Position numbers and translations under genes: made by a program. A stretch of 64,000 bases of DNA. Origin: Marsupella aquatica (Eukaryota > Plantae > Marchantiophyta). Location of the stretch: NCBI GenBank assembly GCA_973895155.1, contig OZ316891.1, forward strand, positions 24,179,899 to 24,243,898, in the 5' to 3' direction. Positions 12,108 to 24,301 of the stretch are shown in pieces (position 1 is the stretch's first letter; every line of letters begins with the position of its first letter). The notes under the pieces were generated by a model that was given only the letters and a program-made list of their open reading frames with translations, ran no database searches and was not told the DNA's origin.

Positions 12108-15100
12108 ATGACAACTTTGGAGAAGCTCCAATTCCCGTCACTCGTAATAGACGGCGAGAATTACTTATCTTGGGCACAGAATGCCGAAATCGTTCTCAAC
12201 ATGAAAGGCCTCGGCGATATTTTATTGGGGGACAATTATGGAACATTACAGGAGAAGGCCCAGGCCCTGTACATTATCCGCCATCACCTAGACGCTGATT
12301 TACAACTTGAATACCTCACAGAGTATAACCCGAGAGCCCTCTGGGATGCTCTAAAATTGAGGTTCGATCACCTCCGGCTAATCTCCCTTCCAGCCGCTCG
12401 CAACGAATGGATTCATCTAAGAGTCCTAGATTACCCGACTATTGCAAAATACAACAGTGCCCTCTTCCGTATAACTGCTCAACTCGCAACATGTGGAGAA
12501 CCCATCAACGAGGCAGCCAAGATCGAAAAAACACTCTCCACATTCTCTGCAACGAATATGCAATTGTCACAGATCTACCAACAATGCCACTTTACCCAAT
12601 TCTCTGATCTAATTGCAATTATGCTCCTGGCTGAGAAGAACGATCTCCTTCTCCTTAAGAACTCCCGAGAAAGACCACCAGGTACGCTACCCAGGACTGA
12701 AACCCAATTCACGAGTACCAATAGAGGTAATCCCTCTTACAAAGGCAACAATGGCCCTCTTAGAAGAAATACGGGCCGCTTCAAAAGACTTAATTGGAGA
12801 CGCCAAGCACGCACGGACAACGGCACCACACAGCCAACCACGAATCCTTGGCAACGCAAGCCAAATTATACTCAAAACATACCTGCACACATCACACCCA
12901 CAAAGAATCAGGCTAAGTGTTTCCATTGCGGCGGACCTGGTCATATCAAAAAGAACTGTAAAGTCCAATCCCACCTGGTCAAACTATACCAGGCCTCTTT
13001 GCAAACCACGAACACGGCCATAGCTGCAAACCACCTTGAGATTGATGAAGACCTCTCACAATACACACTTGCAACGCCCCCACCAGAGATACACATGGTA
13101 TTACAGGGAAAGAACCCCAACTCACTCTCCGACATCGATACCTACATCCTCGACAGTGGCACCTCTCACACAATATTAAAAGATAAACAATACTTTCAGC
13201 ACATATCCCCATCCAATATACCTGTGACCACCATTACAAGTATAAACCAATTAGAGGAAGGACACGGACCCGCTGAACTCACCCTCCCGAATGGCACAAT
13301 TATTCAAATCCAATCTGCCATCTACGCCCCATTTGCAACCAGAAATCTACTCAGCTTCCACGATATTCGCCAAAACAACCTCCACATTCGCTTTGCACCT
13401 GACCACCAAGTAGATGCTTTGCAGATCTTTCAGGAAACTGATACTGGCCCAATCATACTAGAGACCTCACCACTTCTTCCCCTTGGAGTATACGCCACCA
13501 AAATTACAGCTTATCATTCATAGGCCCAACCCTTATCACCCACAGAACTATGGCACTTCCGCCTTGGTCACCCTGGCCCAGGAATGTACCACAAAATCCT
13601 CAAGAACACCACGGGCATTCCCCAAGGAGTCCATCCATCATCTAAACATGAGACATGCATCCCATGTGCACAAGGCAAATTGATTACAATGCCTGCCACC
13701 ACTAAAACACCTACCACATACCTGATTTCCTCTCACAGATAAACGTGGATGTCTGCGGCCCAATAGACCCACCAAGTGGACCATTTTGGTTCTTTCTAGT
13801 GATGATATGCTCATCCACGAAATGGTCCTCGGTCTCACTAATCTCCACCCAAAATCTGGTATTTGCTCGCCTACTAACTCAGATTATACGCCTAAGAACT
13901 CAATTCCCTGACTCAGCTATCAACACAATAAGAATCGACAATGCTGGTGAATTCACATCACCTGCCTTCGACGATTTCTGCCAAGCCCTAGGTATCACCA
14001 TTCAATACTCGGTACCATATGTACATTTCCAAAATGGCGCTGCAGAAGCAATGATCAAACGTATACAACTTATCTCAAGACCTATATTACTACAGACACA
14101 ATTGCCACTTACAGCTTGGGGACATGCTGTACTCCACGGTGCCACATTATTAAGGTACAGACCATCGGCCTTCAACACTTACACACCACATCAGCTAGCA
14201 TATGGATCTACACCAGACGTTACACACTTGAAAATGTTTGGCTGTCTTGTTCTTGTCCCAATTCTAGGCCCTAAACATACTAAAATGGGACCACAGTGGC
14301 AACGCGGCATCTATGTGGGATTCGACTCTCCTTCAATTGTCAGGTACCTCGAACCAACTACAGCTGATGTGTTCCGAGCTAGATACCAGGATTGTAAATT
14401 CTGTGAGGATATTTTTCCCCCACTCCTTACCCCTGCACAACTCTACAAACAGAACACTCTAACCCCTACGTTAGAATGGACAACTAAGGACCCATTCTGG
14501 AATGACCCCCGTACACAACTCACAAACGACGAAGTAAAGCGCATCCTGAATCTTCACCGAATCATGGAAAAAATACCAGACGCCTTTAATGATGCTGCTG
14601 CTGCCATGAAATCCCATATAGAAGCAGCTAACGTCCCTGCCAAAATTTCCATGCCCGATACCCGAGCCACAGACCATGCCCCCAAGGCAAAGAGAGGTAG
14701 ACCCCCTAGATCCAAAGACTCCAGATCACGATAGAAGAAACCTGTATCAACACAGCTCTACTTACGTTCACCAGGAACTACACTGGTCGATAACGAAGAA
14801 ATATCAATACATTACATGCATACCGGGCACTTATGGCCTAGAGATATAACTGAACCTGACGAACATTTTGCCTTTCTTATCTCCCAAGATATATCCAGTG
14901 ACTTACCAGATCCCCGGAATATTAAAGAAGCTTGACAACGTCCCGATTGGCCTAAATGGGACTCTGCCAATAACTCCGAGCTCGACTCACTCATAAGCCG
15001 CCAAGTATTTGGACAGATTCAAATTGTACCTGCTAAACAACATCTCACAGGATACAGAATTACACTAGTACGTAAACGAAATGCAGCAGGCGAAGTAGTC

Positions 15101-16516
15101 CGCTATAAAGCCCGACTTGTTGCTAGAGGCTATACACAAATCTATGGAAAAGACTATGACTTGACTCATTCCCCGGTTATGGACTCTATCACTTACAGAT
15201 TTTTGATTGCCTTCGCTCTTACAAACAAACTCCTAATGCACCTTATGGACGTTGTTACCGCTTACCTTTATGGAATACTCGACACCGATATCCATATGAA
15301 AGCTCCACCCGAGCTAATTCAAAGAGTAACCTTCCACATTAAGGGGGAGCATCAAACTACTCTATCCCCGGACATACAGTCGGGTAATGATAAGATTGTT
15401 CCTACACAGGAACTTAAGGATTACCTTGTTCAATCAGGCCCACTGGTACCTGAACAAATAACTGAACACTTATCAGAGGATCAAAACGTACATGAAAAGC
15501 AAATTGCTCATGGTGAACATCAAACGAATTCTTCATTGAATTCCCTGGGTTTACCCACAGAGGTAAACCTCGTTCATCAGAGGATACCTAAACCTCAAAA
15601 ACCAGCGAAAGCATTTGCTGTACAGGTTCTTCGATCCATTTATGGCTTAAAACAGAGTGGTTGTATTTGGTACAAGCGCTTCCTTGCTGAGATGATAGCA
15701 CTTTGGTTTCGTGAATGAGGACATCGCTCCCTGCCTATTCATAAAACGAGCTGGAACTGAATTTATTATCATAGCAATCTATGTAGATGATATAAATCTT
15801 ATGGGCACTAAGCTTCTTATGGAACAAACAATTACAACACTCAAAGGCATCTTCGCAATGAAGGATATTGGGACACCCCTTTTCTGCCTTGGCATTCAAT
15901 TCAAACACTTACCTAATGGCGTTCTGATTCACCAATCCACATATACCAGGAAGATGTTAAAACAATTTAATATGGACAAGTCATACCCTGTCACAACACC
16001 TATGGAACTTTGCTCCTTAGATTCATCCAAAGATATGTACAAGCGCAGAACTGAACAAGAACCGATCTTGGGCCCAGAGAAACCTTACCTCTCAGCTATA
16101 GGCGCCTTGATGTACCTGGCAAGGCAGACACGCCCGGATATCTCCTTCGCTGTCAACTTGTTGGCTCGCCACAGCTCTCAGCCAACGATAAGACATGGGA
16201 ACGGTATCAAGAGAATTTTGCGCTACCTCCAAGGTACGATTGACACTGGCCTCTACTTTCCTAAAGATATGCCTAATGAACTGATTGGTTTCGCTGACGC
16301 AGGTTACCTCTCCGATCCTGATGATGCCAAGTCCCATACGGGCTATGTCTTCCTGCAAGGACCCACGGCAATATCCTGGAAAAGTGCTAAGCAGACACTG
16401 ACAACAACTTCCTCCAACCATGCGGAAATAATCGCCCTATACGAAGCTAGTCGCGAATGTTTATGGCTTCGCCAACTTATCAACCATATCCATGTCTCCA
16501 CCGGTCAAGAAGTCCT
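12108..16516 (+). pseudogene. gag-pol of E (gag, CCHC, protease, integrase, RT, RNase H 5' part)
   Basis: DGENYLSW, CFHCGGPGHIKKNC, ILDSGTSH, DVCGP, RIDNAGEF, QNGAAE, YGLKQSG, YVDD, GFADAGY. Several premature stops and frameshifts. Confidence 0.93.
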
Positions 16517-19500
16517 TGTGATGCCTAGCCAGGAATCACTCAGCCAGTTAAGTGGGTAAAGCAGGAATGCACCCTGGAAACACCTTAGTATAGGGACAAA
16601 ACAAGGAAAATATAAACAATTAGGGGCGACTATGGAACCCGGGCCGAGGCCGGAGGAAAGGACGCTGGGGGTGAAAACTCAATTAGGGTTAGAGCGCGCT
16701 AAGCGTCGGCGGCTAGGAAGGATCAACGGGAGGAAGGACCGGAAGAGGAGAGGGGTAAGGAGCGCTTGCAGGAGACGGTGGCTCATTTGCGAGCATGAAC
16801 TAGGCAGACGACTACGGGAGGCCAACTACTGTCAGTTGCTTAGGCAAGCACTTGGGGAGAGAGTAGATACCAACAATTGACCTAAGGAGGGTATGAGCAA
16901 CATCAATCAAGCGACACATTTCTAGGGATGCCTGTTCGAACGGGCAACTAAGTACATCAAGACTTACGAGGACGAAGAATCAGAAAGGGCAGCTAGAGAA
17001 CAACAGGAGCTCGCTCGATTGTGGGAGCTGCAGAAAACGGCTTTCTTAGGAGGCGAACTCATCAAGGCCGAGTTCTTGTGGACGCCTACTTCCAATCAGC
17101 TCGACGATCTTCTGTTTTGCGAAGACAGAATCATCGGCATTCGAGAGGCCATCAAGAACTGCAATGACATACACTGGGAATTGAAGGGTAGCACGGAAAG
17201 GTGGACCCAGGCAACAGTGCTAGGAGAAACCTCCATGGCAGCTGAGATGAAGAGGAAGGGATCCGTCAATGATGAAGCCACCCCGGCAAAAAGAACGAGG
17301 TCGGCGGCACCAAAGAAACCAGCCGAACAGCAGAGCAGGAGGCAGAGTGAAGCCGAGGAGGAGGAAAGCGACCCCATCAACGCCATTCCAACCAGGGATG
17401 ACACCTGGAAGGGCTGGGCGGCAACTCTACTAGTGGAGGTGCAACTACATTTTGCACGGGAGGAGGATGCATGCTTTACGGCCATGCAGACCAAGAAATA
17501 CCAAGGCTTCATGGCCGGATCCGGCTTGGAAGCCTTTGTAAGATTACCATGGCTGAAGCCGGAGGTGCCGGATTCAGACCTATTAGAATTCGTGGGGTCA
17601 TGGGAACCCGAGACCAATTGCACGAGGATATATGGGAAGGATTTCTATCTTACTCCCAAGGTAGTTGCCGAAGTGTTTGGCTTGCCGATAGGCAATAAGA
17701 CCAAGGTTGATACCAGGAAGACCTTGCTTGACAAAGAGTTCCGGTCGTTCCCCGGACCATCAACAAAGAATGGCTTCTTTCGGAACACCTGTACCAATCC
17801 GCACATTGGAGAGATGATCGACTTCTTGCGGGTAACCATGCATTGTAACTTGCCGAGGGCAGAGATCGGCAAGGCACAGGTCTATCTGGCAGAGAGACCA
17901 AACCCAAGTCGGGACTACAACGGGTACCTCCTCAACCAATTGAAGAAAATCTTGAAGGAGGAGCAGCAGGTAATCGGCATGGGGAGCATGTCGCGGCTTG
18001 GCTATCACATGCCGCTGTTGTGCCGGTATGCCAGAGGTCAGACCTTTGCCCCGGTACTTCCCCTACAGGCAAGGGCACCAGTTCCGGAACAGAGGCAGGC
18101 AACGGAGAAACCCAAACCGCCCGACAGTCCTACAATCGACCAGGTGTTTAGACCAAGAACGGAGGACTTGCCGATGCAGCAACCAGGCATGCAGAATCTG
18201 CTGAAACTGCTAGAGAAAGAAAAGAGATCGGCATCGGCAAGGACAACGACAGCAGCAACAATGCACGACACTGTTCCAAAGGTAGGCCTAAACCGGCTTA
18301 CAAAGGAGAACCCCTTTACTGGAGTCAAGGAGAGACGGAGGCCAGAACACAAGCCGGGAGTCCGGATGTATGTAGGAGCCTCTAGTCCCGAAGCCGAGGA
18401 GAAGCAGGCCGTAACTCCCGACCACAGCGAGGAGAGCAGGAGATCAACACGGAGACCAGAGGAGGAACCAAGACCGGCAGGAGGTGAAGCCGTGTTCACA
18501 CCAAAACCAGGAGACGAGCGGGAGAAGCTGGTAGTCCAAGCCGAGGAGGAGGCGGTGGAGGACTACAGCAATGATAACTCCGGCTATGGGTCGGATCATC
18601 ATGTTCCAGGAGTAAGGACCTGTGGTCGCTTCATCCTCACGCTCCCAAGAGTAGTTCGAGGGGACCCGAGCCAGCAGAGCAGCCCCGAGTCTCCCCCACC
18701 AGATGTCGCTCCCCCAAGCTTTGACGGCATAAAATAGACAGTGCAAGAATTTCAGGAGCGAATCAGGGAGGAAGAGGAGGCAGCCCTGGCTAATGAGAAG
18801 GATTTACCAGGAGGGGAATGGCCAGAGAACATCAGGCGGCTAGCCGAAAAAGGAAGCAAACCTCTAGCCACGATTGAAGAGATCCAAAAAACGGCTTGGG
18901 AGCAGAGGCCACGATGGGGGATGCCGATCACTTCTACCTACTCCACCTACGCTAAGAATAGAGCAATGGAGTATGGTGAGATGTGTGGGGAACTTGCGCT
19001 CGGCATCTTTGGGGAGGAGTTGGAGGTAGGACCCTTTTTTCATAGGGAGCAGTTGGAGAAGCACCAATTAGATGAAATGGTGGCTTTAGAGAGAAGCAAG
19101 AAGGACGAGGTCATTCGGCGGCTTAGGAGCATGGAAGCCGAGATTGAAGAACTAAGGGCGGCCAAGAAAGCCCAAGATGAACTGCGGATTAAGCGGCATG
19201 AGCTGAACATCATGCAGGGGCAGTTGGACATAGCGCAGGCTGATGGTCAGATTATCAAGGATAAACTGACTCAGACCCAGGGAGAATTCGCCGACGCAAT
19301 CAAGGACAGGGAGAAATGGAAGAAGGAGCTGAGAGATTCAGAGGAGGCCCATATAGCAGTCAACAACCGGGTCATGGCGGAGACCCAAAGAAAGGAATGG
19401 GCGTTGAAGGGCGAGCTCGAGAAAATCCGTGGAGCCCTGGAGCAGAAGGAGGCCGAGTTAGGGAAATCCTATCAAGGGATTATCGCACTACAGCAGGAGC

Positions 19501-21248
19501 TTGCATCCCTGACGGCCAGCTTCAAGGCCGACCTAAGGGAGAAGGACGATATGCTCGATCGGACTTATGCCAAGATGAATAAAATGGAGTCTGAGATTGT
19601 GACGGAGCTCGACAAGGAGCTTAGAGGAACCCAGGAGGAGAGGGCTACCTTGAAGAAGGAATTGGAGGAAGCCCACAGGGAGCACGAGGAGGCCAAAAAC
19701 AAGCTGGAGGGGGCACGTAAGGACCTGGATGAGACCCAAGAGGAGTTGGAGGAAATCACGAGGAAGATGGAGAATCTACAGCGGCGGGCCGACAACCAAA
19801 CAGAGCGGCTGAAGAAACAAGCCGCAGTATTTAAATGCTTAGCTGCAGCAGGTCCATCTCCCGTTGGGGCGAACCAGTTACCAAGGGTGGTAATTGCCAA
19901 AGGACAAGCCGCGCCACCTGCACCAGTGCCGGAAGTGAGTGGGAAGGGGAAGGGACCAGCTGCCGAGCCAGAAACAAAGAAGAAGTGGAAACCTTCAGGG
20001 TCAAGGAGTAATACGACTCCACTGGCCGAGGTGACCGAGGAGGTAGACCCGGCAACGACCCCAGATAGTATCACGGCAGAGGATCCAACTACCCTAGGGG
20101 AAGGGGAGGCTGAAGCCGTGGGTGAGGATGAGGCCGAAGCCGGGGGTGAGGCTGAGGCCGAAGCCGGGGGTGAGGCCGAGGCCGGTGTCGGGGCCGAAGC
20201 CGAAGGTGGACCCAGTCAGGCCGATGGAGAGTTGACTCAGTCAAGGGCAGGTAATCTGTCAGTAGACGGGCCAACGGCAGTGGTTGAGGAGGAAGCATTG
20301 GGGGCGTCCACTGAGGGACAGACACCGCTGCCATGACGGTGGTGGAGGGCCGCTCCTTTCAAGGAGGGCGGACGTGGAGGGAGGAGGCGTGAGTGGGCAG
20401 GGCGGGCTCGGATCTCTAAGTTAGGATTAGGATCAGGACCAGGAAGCGGCCCTGACACTTAGCTTAGTGGGATTGCGGTTCCACTGTAAGAGCAGCACTT
20501 GTACTCCTGCCTTGTTGTACATAGGTAGATCCGGGCAGGTAGATTACTGTTAGATAGATTAGGCTTACGCTGCAAAGAATTAGGCGGATCCACTACCAGG
20601 ATACGTACCTGGGCAGCGGGGAGCTCAGGGCCTCTTCTTTAGCAAGTTTTTAGTTTGCACCAGCCGGGCTGGGATCAAGTAGTAAGAGAAGCTCTCGGTT
20701 AGTCATACTGTGACCTTGTGTATATTCATGTTTCCTCATACCTAAGAACTGAATAGAGTTGGCCTCATGGCTTAGTTCGCAAAGCTTGTGTATGAGATGT
20801 ACTGTTTGTATGGCAAGTGTATGGTATGACTCAGTCAGAAGGAGTCATTTTGCTATTTGTGTGTCGCATTAACTTGTGTGAAGAGTGCCCACATCAACCA
20901 GAAGGAAGGAAAGTAAGCAAGGGAGTGAGTGTTGGATGTGTCGAGCTGAGAGAGGTCTTAGCGGCTTAACCAAGCCTATTGGGGATCATTCCGGCGGCGG
21001 AATCCAAACATACCTAACCAGAAGGAGAGGAAGACAAGGGAAGGCCTAGAGTAGGCCGGCTTCATATCTCATGACCCGATGAAGGATCTGTCCAGCATAT
21101 GTGTGTAAATTGTTAATAGATGTAGAGGAGGTTAGCAGCGTCCCATGCCTCTAAGCCGCGGAAACGGCCCCGCCAAGCGCGAAACCTGCGGGAATTGGCT
21201 TGAGCTGGGGGGGTTTCTTGGGTTTAGGGAGCCATGGGACGCACCACA
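16517..21248 (+). repeat. 5' LTR of B (4,732 bp)
   Basis: Bounded by the TSD on the left and the PBS on the right; colinear with 27474-32179. Confidence 0.95.
16632..20336 (+). pseudogene. LTR-encoded accessory ORF, copy 1 (1,234 codons): plant-transposon-protein-like domain, long coiled coil, acidic tail
   Basis: ORFs 16632-16880, 17019-18737 and 18741-20336 are in one frame. The intervening stops are single transitions that read as sense codons in the other copies. Confidence 0.85.
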
Positions 21249-21252
21249 TTTT

Positions 21253-21272
21253 TGGCGCTAGATGGAGGGGGC
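21253..21272 (+). promoter_or_regulatory. PBS of B, probably tRNA-Asn
   Basis: TGGCGCTAGATGGAGGGGGC, 4 nt after the LTR end. Confidence 0.8.
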
Positions 21273-21317
21273 ATTTCTTAAGCCGTGAGATATGAAGTTA
21301 GGAAAGAAGCGTAGGTA

Positions 21318-24266
21318 ATGACTGAACCTACGCCAAGGGAGGAAAGAGCGATTCAACGGGAGAGAGCTCGATTGCAGCAGCTCGCCGGGTGGCATGATAC
21401 ACAGCGACTGAGAGGGGCAGAAAGAGCTGGTAGCTCCGAAGCGGGAAGTGGCATCGAAGAAGAGATACCAGAAGAGGAGTCAGTAGGAAGCCACGAGTAC
21501 CCAACCGACATGGGAGAACCTGAGGCACGGCCAGACGAGAGGCCAGGAACCAGACTTAGCCAACGGTCGCGCATACATTACAAGGCATTTCATGGGAGAG
21601 GAGATGAGGATCCGGACGAATGGTTGGATGATTTCGAAGGAACCGCTGCAGTGAATGGAGAATCGGCCATCAAGATGCAGATTCTTCCCGGCCTGTTCAA
21701 GGGTGAGGCTAGGCCTTGGTATAGAGCATTGGATGTGGAAGATCAAGCCATCTGGGATATCTTCAAAAAACTATTTGTTAAGGAGTTTTGACCCATTGGA
21801 ACCTCAGAACTAGCAGTGCTGAAGTTGGGGCGACTTAGGTTCAAGGAGAACAAATCCTTCAGGAAGTTCTTGCAACGCTTTCAGAAACTGGTAAGACGTA
21901 CAAAGACCAATGCATCTGAAGGTATGCAACTTCAATGGTTGGTGAATGCTTTGCCACAGAAGATGAGTTTTGCAATTAGGAAGGAGAACCCGGAGACTTT
22001 AGCCGATGCAATTAAGGATATTCAATTATACATTAATGCAGATATCACAAGCCGGAAGAAACAGCTTAAGTCTGAGAGTTCCTCATCAGAGGAGGGATCA
22101 CCCCATAAGAAAAAGGATAAGAAAAAGAAACATTCTAAGAAGTCAAGAAGTGATAACTCAAGCTCGGATAGTGGAAGTAGCAAGAGTGAGTCATCTTCTA
22201 GTTCTGAAGAAGAAAAAACTAGGAAAAGGAAGGGCAGAAGAAGAGGGAAGACGAAAGTCAAGTTGGAGGCTAAGCCACCAGATAACATCGTGGCCCTTAC
22301 AGAGCAACTTAAGGCTATAATTGCAGAGGTAAAGCCGAAGAAGAAGGTAATACAGGAGGATAGCTCTGTATGGTGTGCCTTATGCTATAAAACCGGACAC
22401 CATAAAGATGCGTGTCCTAAGCTCAATACTAGTCATGTTCGGCATGTGGCCGAGATCAGACCGTGTCAGGGAGAAGTAGAGTACTTTTTAGGATATGCCG
22501 CTGATAGTGTTTTCGGCATCAGTGAGACTGGAGCGCGAGACCTATCCAACCGACCTGCATCTCTCTGGTCTGGATTAAGGAACAATCCAGGAGAGATGTA
22601 TCCTCGGATTATTCAGAACCCTTCAGTACCTCCTAGGCCGAATGTGCAGAGATTTTTGGCATGCCATAACTGTGGTCAACCTGGCCATTTTGCTAGAGAA
22701 TGCCCAAATGCACGTAAACAAGGTGATGGACAACCAGCTCAACTATGTATGGGATGCCGACAGGAGGGTCACATGCTAGGACAATGTCCTACTTGGTTGG
22801 CAGGATTGGCCGCAAATCATAAACTTTTGCCGGTCAAGGTCTTGCCGCCAGGTACTACCCCAGGAGGAGTTCAAATCAACCACATCGAGCTCGGATGGCA
22901 AGTGGATGCCGAGGCAGAGTTTGGACCATCTGATGATGAGACCGAAGCCCTATCAACCTTCTCAGAAGAGGATTTAGATCATGATTGCTACCGGGTCTCT
23001 ACTCGATCAACCAGAAGGAAGGAAAGGTGGGATGGGCTAGCCAAAAATAAAGGGAAGGATAAGGAAGAGAAGATTGACTCTTCGTCGACATCAACGGAAG
23101 GAGAAGGAAAGGTGCCAGCAACACAGGTAAGCCATGAGCTCACCAGTGACCCCAATCCTTCACAAGATAGCGACTTCAATCGAGATCATCCTAAGTTGTT
23201 CTACCCCTCTGTTACGGCTAGTGTTAAGGAACAGCTGAGAGAATTAGAAACCCTGGAGAATACCGAAGCCATTGCCAAGGATGTGAAACGAGCAAAAGCA
23301 TTGTTTGCTTTGGAGGATCCAACAACTGTGGGGACTAGCGTGGAAAAATAGGCCGAATCCAAGATAGAGACACCACTAGAGAAGCCGATAGTTCCCTATG
23401 ACCTGGCTAAAGATGTACTAGAATCTAGAGTCTCGGCAACAGTAGGTCAACTATTGAAAAATAGCCCGTACTTCCGGAAGCAGTTAAGAAAGGCAATTCT
23501 CGGCAAGCCGAGATTACCCAAGGTAGCAACCAGATCCGATGTGCTGATGATAGAAGAAGATCAAGGAGCCCCAGCGTTACCATTAATGATTCAAGGAGAA
23601 TTATTACTACGGGTACCCATTGATGGAGGATCAGGGGTATGTATTATGATTGATTCAATAGCAAAAGGGTGGGGTCTAACACCAGAGATGACTGGAAGAG
23701 TGTTGAACATGGCCAATGGTTATCAGGTCATTCCCACGGGAGTGTTAACCGGCATCAAGACAGAGATAGGAGGTATCTTCTTTAGCATTAACTATGTAGT
23801 AATGAAGCCGGTAAACCCTACATCATTTTGGCTATTGATTGGTAGGCCGTGGCTATACCTAGCCAAGGTAATTGAGGATTGGGGTAAGAAGGAGTTCACT
23901 TTTGGGACCCCCTCTATCACGGTATCCTGGGATACCAAGGATGACCGCAGAAGAAGCATCAGGGAGGTAGACGGGTACGACAGTGGACTGGAATCAGCCG
24001 ATGAGGTACGATGGTTAGAATGCCTCGCTAACCAAACCGAAGAAAGTGTCTTTGGACCAGAGGTATCCCCCAGCGGATTATGGCAAGAACCAATGGAAGG
24101 TGATTTGGAAGAAGAAGACGAAGAAGTCGAGGACTGCTTTACAATAGAGTCCACCTTTTTAGCTTCAATTCCGGAGGAAGCGCAAGAAGTAAGCCAGTTG
24201 GATGAAACGGCTAAGTGGGGAGCAATACCAGAGGCCGCGGTGGATTTTCCTCAGGCGTTGTGGTAG
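21318..24266 (+). pseudogene. gag: gag-protease ORF of B (two premature stops)
   Basis: Same-frame ORFs 21318-21791, 21816-23351 and 23454-24266. DEDPDEWLDDF; three CCHC knuckles (CALCYKTGHHKDAC, CHNCGQPGHFAREC, CMGCRQEGHMLGQC); protease VPIDGGSG...LLIGRPWL. Confidence 0.92.
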
Positions 24267-24301
24267 AGCCGGCAGGATCCACAACGCCATCAATCATCGG
24301 C
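24242..24301 (+). promoter_or_regulatory. Putative -1 ribosomal frameshift signal of B
   Basis: G_GAT_TTT in the gag frame, a 5-nt spacer, a perfect 10-bp stem GGCGTTGTGG/CCACAACGCC, and loop GCCGG able to pair with downstream TCGGC. Conserved in C. Confidence 0.7.

Noticed and set aside
15711-16559. ORF ends at 16559 (and ORF starts at 32165, 44369; ORF 10096-10371) as real termini
   Set aside because: These are chimeric read-throughs across insertion or deletion junctions.
17096-17623. 175-aa antisense ORF recurring in all four LTR copies, and similar antisense ORFs
   Set aside because: Best explained as a shadow of the conserved sense ORF; low complexity and no recognisable motif.
16632-20336. 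LTR ORF as a retroviral-type envelope gene
   Set aside because: No signal peptide or hydrophobic transmembrane segment is visible; the protein is charged and rich in coiled coil.
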